A stretch of 64,000 nucleotides of DNA from Collinsella sp. (GTDB lineage: Bacteria; Actinomycetota; Coriobacteriia; Coriobacteriales; Coriobacteriaceae), in the NCBI GenBank assembly GCA_048430825.1, contig DBFOLV010000053.1, positions 1,403-65,402 of the forward strand. The letters are read 5' to 3'. Below are positions 56,388 to 64,000 of the stretch, one piece after another; position 1 is the first letter of the stretch; each line of letters starts with the position of its first letter. Position numbers and translations under genes: made by a program. The notes below the pieces were generated by a model that made no database searches, had not been told where the DNA came from, and was given only the letters and a program-made list of their open reading frames with translations.

Positions 56388-57387
56388 GGATGCTCACCCC
56401 CTGCTCACCCAAGTTGTGACGAATGTCCTCGATATTACCCTCGACGGTCGCGATCAACTCATCCAGCGAATCGAACACGCGCGAGGGACGCAGCCAACGC
56501 GTAAACGCCAGCGAAACAGAAGAGCCGTACAGGTCGCCCGTATAACCAATTAAATTAGCCTCGAGATGCGCCGAAGCGACATCGTCGGCATACGTCGGCG
56601 GCAGTCCGACGTTCACGGCAGCGGGCCACGCGGTGTCATCGACCAGCACCAGACCCTCATACACGCCATCGGCAGGCACCTGAATACCGTCGGGAACCTG
56701 CAGGTTTGCCGTGGGAAAGCCCATGCCAGAGCCCTCGTGACGGCCGCGAATAACACCGCCACGCACCATATACGGACGGCCGAGTAACTCAGCAGCAAGC
56801 TCCACATGGCCCTGTCCCAGCTCATGACGAATGCGGGTGGCGCAAATGGCCTCACCGCCCTCGCAAAGCAAGTCGTGCCCGTATACGTCAACGCCGCGCT
56901 CGGCACCCCAGGCGCGCATCTCGTCAACACCAGAAGCACCGCCACGACCCAGCCTAAAGTCGCTGCCAACGCGAATCGATCGAATGTCGACCAGACGCGA
57001 CACCAGCGAGAGAAAAGCAACATGGTCAAGCGCCGCAACCTCAGGCGTAAAGGGAACGGCCACCACCGCATCGACCCCAGTTTGAGCCAGAGCATGCAGA
57101 CGGTCGGCCGTCGTCATCAATTTTTGAGCGGGCGAAGGGCTCACCACGACGTCCGGGTCGGGATCGAAGGTAACTACGACCGCCTTGCAGCCATGGGCAC
57201 GGGCATCACGGACAAGCGCCGCAATGAGCTCCTGGTGTCCACGGTGCACGCCATCGAACACGCCGATGGCAATCGATGCGGCACCCAGGTGCTCACACTT
57301 ATCAAACACATCGGCAGTAACGATGCGAGCCTCTTCCGACTCGCCCGCGAAAAAGATACGCGCGAGCTCGCGAGCGGACAACATCAT
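56380..57387 (-). CDS. ribF: Bifunctional riboflavin kinase/FAD synthetase
   Basis: IGVFDGVHRGH, GSDFRLG, GFPTANL, DGVY, NVG.PPT, EANL. Confidence 0.93.
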   Translation of the reverse strand: MMLSARELARIFFAGESEEARIVTADVFDKCEHLGAASIAIGVFDGVHRGHQELIAALVRDARAHGCKAVVVTFDPDPDVVVSPSPAQKLMTTADRLHALAQTGVDAVVAVPFTPEVAALDHVAFLSLVSRLVDIRSIRVGSDFRLGRGGASGVDEMRAWGAERGVDVYGHDLLCEGGEAICATRIRHELGQGHVELAAELLGRPYMVRGGVIRGRHEGSGMGFPTANLQVPDGIQVPADGVYEGLVLVDDTAWPAAVNVGLPPTYADDVASAHLEANLIGYTGDLYGSSVSLAFTRWLRPSRVFDSLDELIATVEGNIEDIRHNLGEQGVSIRD

Positions 57388-58316
57388 CGAACACCGCCGA
57401 TTGCCTGCGGAAACACGTGCTCCATGACAAAGCGGCCACCCTCAATGCGGGCGAGCGCCTTGAGTCCCCCATCGAGCACCAGCGCAAACGGCGCCTTCGA
57501 GGCATCGAAATCGGCAAGCGCACGATCAACGGGAATGCGTCGGCCGCAGAGCAGGTCGTCGGCAAGATTGCCCGGCAAGTCAACACGCGTGGCGCCCAAG
57601 GCCGCAATGGGATCCAGGGCAAAGCCAGCGGCGGACTCGTGAGAAAGCTCCTCGACCGCATGACAAGCGCCAATGGAAACAACACCAGAGGCCGTGCGGC
57701 GCAGCGCGGAAATGTGCGCGGCGCTCTCACAGGCGCGGCCCAAGTCGCGAGCGAGCGCACGGATATAGGTGCCCTTGCTCACCGAGAACGCCACGGTCCA
57801 CACACATGTATCACCCTCGCCGCCCACGGCGATCAGGTCGGCGGCATAGACCTCGACGGGGCGCGGAGGTAGGTCCACCGCATTACCCGCGCGAGCAGAC
57901 TTATAGGCGCGAACGCCATTGACCGAGATAGCCGAAAACGCCGGCGGCACCTGCATCTGCGGACCCAGCATGGCGGCCAAGCGCTCACGCGCATAGGCAG
58001 GATCGCGGAGCTCGTCGGCAACAGCCACCGTGCGGACCGCCTCGCCCTCCGCATCATCGGTATTGGTCTCGGAGCCAAACGAAATGTCGGCGACGTAGTT
58101 TTTCGTATCGAGCGTGAGCATGCCCAGCAAACGGGTGGCCTGACCCACGCCCACAACCATGACACCCGATGCCATGGGGTCGAGCGTACCGGCATGGCCG
58201 ACGCGCCGCTCATGGAGAGCGCGTCGGCATTGCGAGACCACGTCATGGGACGTGCAGCCCACCGGCTTATCGACGGCGAGCAGCATATTCAATTGAGAAG
58301 GCGTTCGACGAGCCAT
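57384..58316 (-). CDS. truB: tRNA pseudouridine(55) synthase
   Basis: DKPVGCTSHDVV, GHAGTLDPMASG, SKGTYIRALARDLG. Confidence 0.97.
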   Translation of the reverse strand: MARRTPSQLNMLLAVDKPVGCTSHDVVSQCRRALHERRVGHAGTLDPMASGVMVVGVGQATRLLGMLTLDTKNYVADISFGSETNTDDAEGEAVRTVAVADELRDPAYARERLAAMLGPQMQVPPAFSAISVNGVRAYKSARAGNAVDLPPRPVEVYAADLIAVGGEGDTCVWTVAFSVSKGTYIRALARDLGRACESAAHISALRRTASGVVSIGACHAVEELSHESAAGFALDPIAALGATRVDLPGNLADDLLCGRRIPVDRALADFDASKAPFALVLDGGLKALARIEGGRFVMEHVFPQAIGGVR

Positions 58317-58331
58317 GTACCATCCAATAAG

Positions 58332-59375
58332 TTAGAGCTCGACGGTCACCGAAGCGGGATCCTCCCCCACCAGCTCGGCCAGCATGGGAAGTGCCACGGC
58401 GAGCGTCTCGCGAATTGTTCCGTTGTTGGAAAAGCCGGCGGCGGCATGATGCCCGCCACCGCCAAAGTTGGCAGCAATCTCGGACACATCGAGGTCGCCC
58501 TTGGAGCGCAGGTTGCCACGCACCTTGGTATCGCCCTCAATGCCCTTTAAGAACATGCAAACCTCGACGCCCATCACCGAACGCACCACATCGACCAGGC
58601 CGTCGCACTCGTCCGAGGTGACACCGCAGGCCTCAAGGTCGCTCTGGTACGCATAGCTATACGCAACGCGCCCGTGGGCCACCGTCTTGATGCGGCCCAT
58701 AACGATGGACTTGAGGTGCAAAAACTCAACGCGCATGCTCTGGTATACCTCGAGTGCCACACGCGCCGGATCGGCGCCGTGGGCAACCAGTCGCGAGGCC
58801 GCATGGAACGCGGCGGCATCGGCGTTTTGGTACTGAAAACGGCCGGTATCGGTAACCAAGCCGCACAGCAGGCAAGTCGCAACGCCATCACGTGCGACAA
58901 TGCCACAATTGTCCAAGAAGCGGTCGATAATCATGGCGCAGGCTGCAGCTTCGACGCGCCTCAGACTGAGCTCGGCAAATTCCTCGCGCGCCGGATGGTG
59001 GTCGAAACACACCACATGCTTGGAGCGACGAAGCACCTCGGCGGAATTATTGAGACGCTCGACGACCGGTACGTCCACCGAAATGAACAGGTCCGGATTG
59101 CCAGTGTACGCAGATGCCGGCACCAGGCGATCGGAGCCTTCCATAAAGCGGTAGATGCGCGGAACCGGGTCATCGTCTGCCAGCAGCAGCGCAATGTCCT
59201 TGTTGGGGAAAAACTTCATGAGAGAAAGGCCCAGACCCAGCACAGAGCCCAGGGCGTCGCCGTCGGGAGAAGTGTGTCCCGAAATCGCAATGGAGGACGC
59301 ATCCTCGATGAGCTCGAGGATGCGTCGCTGAATATCTGCAGACTCGCACGAGGCGAGGTCGGCGGAATTAGTCAT
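58332..59375 (-). CDS. nrnA: DHH/DHHA1 oligoribonuclease / pAp phosphatase
   Basis: H.SPDGDALGS, FDHH, TDTGRF, GGGGHHAAAG. Confidence 0.9.
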   Translation of the reverse strand: MTNSADLASCESADIQRRILELIEDASSIAISGHTSPDGDALGSVLGLGLSLMKFFPNKDIALLLADDDPVPRIYRFMEGSDRLVPASAYTGNPDLFISVDVPVVERLNNSAEVLRRSKHVVCFDHHPAREEFAELSLRRVEAAACAMIIDRFLDNCGIVARDGVATCLLCGLVTDTGRFQYQNADAAAFHAASRLVAHGADPARVALEVYQSMRVEFLHLKSIVMGRIKTVAHGRVAYSYAYQSDLEACGVTSDECDGLVDVVRSVMGVEVCMFLKGIEGDTKVRGNLRSKGDLDVSEIAANFGGGGHHAAAGFSNNGTIRETLAVALPMLAELVGEDPASVTVEL

Positions 59376-59778
59376 CTAAAGCTGCCTCCTGGGCGACATC
59401 CGCTATCGGATAGCCGTCCTCGTCCTTTTCGATCGCAAGCGTGGCGGGAACGTTTTCCAGCGCACGCGTGATGCGCTCGGCCTCATCGGTCGAGCGATCG
59501 ATGCGAAAATCGAGCTCGGGCGTGACACGCCAATCGAGCGAGCGAGCCAACAGGCTGCGAATACGGCCCTTAGCGCTTGCGAGCGCCTCCATGACCTCGT
59601 CGTAGCGGCTCGCATCGCACGACACGTACACGCGCGCGAACGAACGGTCCACCGCGACCTCGACCGCAGTCAAAGTAACCAGGTCGAGACGCGGATCGGA
59701 AACCTCAAAGAGCAGGATATAACCGAGCTTCTCGCGAAGCTGCTCGCCCAGACGGCGGGTTGCCTGCGTTTGCTTCAT
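59368..59778 (-). CDS. rbfA: Ribosome-binding factor A
   Basis: DPRL..VTLTAVEV..D, RVTPELDF..D.S. Confidence 0.94.
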   Translation of the reverse strand: MKQTQATRRLGEQLREKLGYILLFEVSDPRLDLVTLTAVEVAVDRSFARVYVSCDASRYDEVMEALASAKGRIRSLLARSLDWRVTPELDFRIDRSTDEAERITRALENVPATLAIEKDEDGYPIADVAQEAALDD

Positions 59779-59789
59779 AGCGCTACCCC

Positions 59790-62504
59790 CTACTCGGTAC
59801 GGGCAACCTGGTCGATGCGGTAACCCTCGATCTGGTCGCCGGGCTTGATGTCCTGGAAGTTCTCCAGGCCAATGCCGCCCTCGGAACCACTCTTGAGGCT
59901 CTTGGCCTCGTCCTTGTAGTGGCGCATCGAGGCGATCTTGCCGTTGAAGACCACGATGCCGTCGCGCACCAGACGCACGGAATCAGTCGCGGCGATCTCG
60001 CCCTCTTCGACGCGGACACCGGCGGCGATACCGACTTTGGGCACCTTGAAGGTGTCCAGGACGGTCGCGGTACCCGTGGCGACCTCGACCTCGGTGGGCT
60101 TGAGCATGCCGATACGGGCGGCGTCGAGCTCCTCGAGGCACTTATAGATGACGTCGTAGCAACGGATCTCGACGCCCTCGCGCTCGGCGGCGGAGCGGGC
60201 CTTACCATCAGGACGGACGCCAAAGCCGATGATGATGGCGTTGGAGGCGTCGGCCAGGACGACGTCGGTCTCGTTGATGGCGCCAACAGCGGAGTGGATC
60301 GTGTTGATGCGAACCTCGGACTGATCCATCTTGTCGAGCGAGTCCTGAAGGGCCTCGATGGAACCTTGGACGTCGGCCTTGATGATCAGGTTGAGCTCCT
60401 TGACCTCGGCGTCGGCGATAGTCTCGAAGAGGTTCTCGAGCGTGACGTGCTTGACGCGGCTCTGCTCCTCGATACGAGCCTTGAGCGAACGCTCGTCGGC
60501 AAGGGCGCGAGCCTCGCGCTCGTCCTCGAACACGCGGAACTCGTCGCCGGCGTTGGGCACGGACTGCAGGCCCAAAATCTCGACGGCGTCGGAGGGACCG
60601 GCCTCGGTGACGGCGCGACCCTTGGGGTCGAGCATGGCGCGGACGCGGCCATAGGTAAGGCCGGCGACCAGCGTATCGCCCACGTGCAGGGTACCGCGGG
60701 TCACGAGCACGGTAGCGACCGAGCCGCGGCCCTTGTCGAGCTTGGCCTCGAGGACGTTGCCGGAGGCAAAGGTGTCCGGGTTGGCCTTGAGCTCGAGCAC
60801 GTCTGCCTGGAGCAGCACGGTCTCCAGAAGGTCGTCGATACCGATCTTCTGCTTGGCCGAGATGTTGACGAACATGTTCTGTCCGCCCCACTCCTCGGGG
60901 ATGACGCCATACTCGGTGAGCTCCTGACGCACACGGTCGGGGTTGGCGCCCGGCTTATCGATCTTGTTGACGGCGACGACGATGGGTACGCCGGCGGCCT
61001 TGGCGTGGTTGATCGACTCGACGGTCTGGGGCATGACACCGTCGTCGGCAGCCACGATCAGAATGACGATGTCGGTCACCTTGGCACCACGGGCACGCAT
61101 AGCCGTAAAGGTGGCGTGACCCGGGGTATCGATGAAGGTGATCTTGCGGTCGTTGATCATGACCTGCGAAGCGCCGATGGCCTGCGTAATGCCGCCCGCC
61201 TCGCCGGCAGCAACGCCGGTGTGACGGATGGCGTCGAGCAGCGACGTCTTGCCGTGGTCGACATGGCCCATGACGGTGACGACCGGGGCGCGCGGCTTGA
61301 GGTCGGCGGGATCGTCGTAGAACGAGAAGGTGTTCTCCTCCTCGGGGGTGATGATCTTGATCTGACGGCCCAGGTCGTCGGCGACGAGCTCGACGAGGTC
61401 GTCGGACATGGACTGCGTCATGGTGAGCGGCGTACCCAGCAGGAACAGGCGCTTGATGATGTCGTTGGCCGGAACGTCGAGCGCCTCGGCAAGCTCCTGG
61501 ACGGTAACGCCCTGGGAGACCTTGATGGCGTCGAGGTCCTCGGGGTTCACGCCCTGGGCCAGCGCCTCCTCTATCTTGCGCTCCTCCTGAGCCTTGGCAG
61601 CCTCGCGCTCGCGCTTCTCCTTGCGCTTCTTGCGGCGACCGGTGGACTCGCGAGAGGCCTCCTCGACGGCGGCACGAGCCTCCTCGAGCACCTTCTCGCG
61701 GCTGTACTCCTCGGCCTCGCGAGCCATGCGGCTGTAGTGGTCCTCTTCGTTGTTGTGACCACCCTTGCGCTTCTTGCCCTTGCCCTGCTTGTCGGGGTTG
61801 GGGAAGTCCATGCCGGCAGCGACGTTGTTGCTGGCGTTGGTGCGATGGCTGTGCGGACGGCTCTCGGAGGCGTTGCGCTCGGAGTTGTTGTCGGAAGCGT
61901 TGCGATCGTTACGACGGCCACCGCGGCGGTCGTTGTTGCCGCCACGACGGTTACCGCGCTCGGCGGCGCGCTCGGCCTTGGCCTTGTCCTCGGCGTCCTT
62001 CTTCTCCTTGAGCACGGTCTCCTGTGCGGCGATCTGGTCGAGCAGCGAACGGAAACGCGAACCGGAGTCGGAAGCGGGAACGGCGCGGCGCTGGGCCTCG
62101 CGGGCAGCCTCCTCCTTCTCGCGGGCAAGGCGCTCCTGCTCGGCCTTCTTCTTGGCCTCGGCCTCGGCGCGGGCAGCCTCCTCGGCAGCCTGGGCTGCGG
62201 CGAACTGGCGACGCTCCTCCTCGCGGGCCTTCTCGGCGGCGATGCGCTCGCGCTCGGCCTCAGCGGCGCGAGCGGCCTCCTCGGCGGCAGCTGCCTGCTC
62301 CTCGGCCTGCTTGGCGGCCTCGACTTCCTGGGCGCGGGCCTCGATCACCGAGGCGAGCTGCTTGCGGACCATAGCGACATAAGCGTCCTCCAAGGTGGAG
62401 GAAGCGGACTTAGCGGGAATCTTCATATCGGCGAGATGACCCATCAGTTCCTTGGAGGTCATGCCGAACTCTTTGGCCAGGGTGGACACACGGACTTTTG
62501 CCAT
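59790..62504 (-). CDS. infB: Translation initiation factor IF-2
   Basis: [29 protein letters not shown]. Confidence 0.98.
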   Translation of the reverse strand: MAKVRVSTLAKEFGMTSKELMGHLADMKIPAKSASSTLEDAYVAMVRKQLASVIEARAQEVEAAKQAEEQAAAAEEAARAAEAERERIAAEKAREEERRQFAAAQAAEEAARAEAEAKKKAEQERLAREKEEAAREAQRRAVPASDSGSRFRSLLDQIAAQETVLKEKKDAEDKAKAERAAERGNRRGGNNDRRGGRRNDRNASDNNSERNASESRPHSHRTNASNNVAAGMDFPNPDKQGKGKKRKGGHNNEEDHYSRMAREAEEYSREKVLEEARAAVEEASRESTGRRKKRKEKREREAAKAQEERKIEEALAQGVNPEDLDAIKVSQGVTVQELAEALDVPANDIIKRLFLLGTPLTMTQSMSDDLVELVADDLGRQIKIITPEEENTFSFYDDPADLKPRAPVVTVMGHVDHGKTSLLDAIRHTGVAAGEAGGITQAIGASQVMINDRKITFIDTPGHATFTAMRARGAKVTDIVILIVAADDGVMPQTVESINHAKAAGVPIVVAVNKIDKPGANPDRVRQELTEYGVIPEEWGGQNMFVNISAKQKIGIDDLLETVLLQADVLELKANPDTFASGNVLEAKLDKGRGSVATVLVTRGTLHVGDTLVAGLTYGRVRAMLDPKGRAVTEAGPSDAVEILGLQSVPNAGDEFRVFEDEREARALADERSLKARIEEQSRVKHVTLENLFETIADAEVKELNLIIKADVQGSIEALQDSLDKMDQSEVRINTIHSAVGAINETDVVLADASNAIIIGFGVRPDGKARSAAEREGVEIRCYDVIYKCLEELDAARIGMLKPTEVEVATGTATVLDTFKVPKVGIAAGVRVEEGEIAATDSVRLVRDGIVVFNGKIASMRHYKDEAKSLKSGSEGGIGLENFQDIKPGDQIEGYRIDQVARTE

Positions 62505-62595
62505 ATGACTTCACCTACCCTTTCTGGCACCTTGGGTGCCTAGAGACTGAACGAGCGTGGGAGACGCGCCGGGACCCGCCCGGCGCAACCGCGCG

Positions 62596-63843
62596 CTAGA
62601 TCAGGTCCTCCGCATCATCGAAGGCGTCGGTGTCGTGGACACCGCAGAAACGGGAGCCGGGACGAGCCTGGTTGCGGCACTGGATGCCGTCCTCGGACAC
62701 GTACTCGCAGCGGCGGACGTCCTCGTCCTCCTCGTCACCGATCAGGTCGGCGGCGGGCTCCTCGTGAACGGGAACGTTCTTGAGGATGTCGGCAGCAAGC
62801 GTCTCGGACTTGATGTCGATGTGCCAGCCGGTCAGGCGCGCGGCGAGGCGGGCGTTCTGGCCCTCCTTGCCGATGGCGAGGGACAACTGGTCGTCGGGCA
62901 CGATGACGCCGGCGTAGGCCTTCTCCTCGTCGATGAGGACGCGGGTGACCTTAGCGGGCGACAGGGCGTTGGCGACGTAGACGGCAGGATCGGCATCCCA
63001 CAGGATGACGTCGACGCGCTCGCCACGGAGCTCGCCCACGACAGCGCGAACACGGCTGCCCTTGGGGCCGACGCAGGCGCCCACGGGATCCAGACGGTCG
63101 TCGAGCGAGTGGACGGCGACCTTGGAGCGCTGGCCGGGCTCGCGGGCGATCGACTTGATCTGGACGGTGCCCTCATAGATCTCGGGCACCTCCTGCTCAA
63201 ACAGACGACGCATGAGCTCGGGGTGGGTACGGGAGATGACAATCGGCGGACGGCTGTGCTCGCCACGAACCGGCTGCAGGTTGGAGTTGGGGTCGCGAAC
63301 GTCGATGATCACGGCCTTGATGTGCTGGTTGTGCAGGTAGCGCTCGCCCATCGGACGCTCGTTGCGCTCGTTCTCGTAACGGCGCTGGTCGAAGTGCGGC
63401 AGCTCGGCCTCGACGCCCTCGCGAATCTTGACGATCGTGAAGTCGGGCGTGGACTGCAGCACGGTACCGCTGATGAGGTCACCGATGCGGCCGGAGAACT
63501 CCTCGTAGATCTGCTCGCGGGCGGAGTTGCGCACGATGGCGTTGATCTCGGCCTTGGCGTGCTGGGCGGCGATGCGGCTCGTGTTCTTGGGGGTGACGTC
63601 GATCTCCTCAAACTCGGTGAAGCTGCCCTCCTCGTCCATGGAATCGTCGATCGGCTCCAGGCGGTAGACGTAGATCTTGCCGGTGGTGCGGTCAATGGTC
63701 ACCTTGGCGCCCCACTCAAGATGCAGGATCTCGGCATAGCTCTTGGCGAGCGACTGCTCCAGGCGGTCGATCAGGTAGAGCTGGTCGATGTGCTTCTCCT
63801 GGCAAAGCTCCATCAGGGCGGACATCATGTCGGATGCTGCCAT
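62596..63843 (-). CDS. nusA: Transcription factor NusA with C-terminal CCCH motif
   Basis: [43 protein letters not shown]. Confidence 0.97.
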   Translation of the reverse strand: MAASDMMSALMELCQEKHIDQLYLIDRLEQSLAKSYAEILHLEWGAKVTIDRTTGKIYVYRLEPIDDSMDEEGSFTEFEEIDVTPKNTSRIAAQHAKAEINAIVRNSAREQIYEEFSGRIGDLISGTVLQSTPDFTIVKIREGVEAELPHFDQRRYENERNERPMGERYLHNQHIKAVIIDVRDPNSNLQPVRGEHSRPPIVISRTHPELMRRLFEQEVPEIYEGTVQIKSIAREPGQRSKVAVHSLDDRLDPVGACVGPKGSRVRAVVGELRGERVDVILWDADPAVYVANALSPAKVTRVLIDEEKAYAGVIVPDDQLSLAIGKEGQNARLAARLTGWHIDIKSETLAADILKNVPVHEEPAADLIGDEEDEDVRRCEYVSEDGIQCRNQARPGSRFCGVHDTDAFDDAEDLI

Positions 63844-63844
63844 C

Positions 63845-64000
63845 TTACTTTCCTTCCTTCGCGGGCTTGAAGTCGTAGGTGGGCTTCAACTTGCACTTTT
63901 TAACATCAGAGAAATCGAGGGTAACGGACTCGCCGTCCTCGAGCTCGAGGGTCACGTTCGCCTCGGTGGCGGCGGCAATCTTGCCGGCGTACTTGCGACG
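63845..64000 (-). CDS. rimP: Ribosome maturation factor RimP, 3' fragment
   Basis: RRKYAGKI...VTLDFSDVKKCKLKPTYDF...* ending 1 nt before the nusA start; not in the ORF track. Confidence 0.85.
   Translation of the reverse strand, partial: RRKYAGKIAAATEANVTLELEDGESVTLDFSDVKKCKLKPTYDFKPAKEGK

Overview
High-GC, gene-dense core-genome segment, almost entirely encoded on the minus strand. Protein sequences and gene order suggest a Coriobacteriia gut anaerobe, Collinsella-like (inference, not checked). Blocks in transcription order: rimP-nusA-infB-rbfA-nrnA-truB-ribF-dnaG-rpoD; two identical tRNA-Asn genes; asp23-DAK2-recG-rsmD-coaD-sepIVA-like-yceD-rpmF-plsX-acpP-rnc-smc-ftsY-ffh; thyA-folA, a TrmH methylase, a MATE pump, ftsH and DUF523; T-box-ileS-lspA-rluD; GT2, an A24 peptidase, an HD dNTPase and rarA; a DUF948/RsbW-like/SigB-like/AI-2E operon; alaS-ruvX-mltG-yqeG-aroK-aroB-like-pepQ-efp-asp23-nusB-xseB-tlyA-nadK-recN; and a divergent RpiR/fructose-family PTS pair. 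No integrase, transposase, prophage or CRISPR array was seen. Most notable: (1) a translationally coupled SigB/SigF-type operon whose anti-sigma has lost its kinase motifs and has no RsbV partner, plus a near-consensus SigB promoter in front of ftsH; (2) a full-length AroB homologue that lacks the catalytic residues; (3) NusA with a C-terminal CCCH putative zinc finger; (4) a DUF134-NifB/NifX fusion with two palindromic operators and an internal start; (5) a cobO pseudogene missing from the ORF track; (6) a transcriptional ileS T-box with a non-canonical bulge; (7) several REP/MITE-like palindrome families. All calls come from reading the sequence by eye; no database searches were run.
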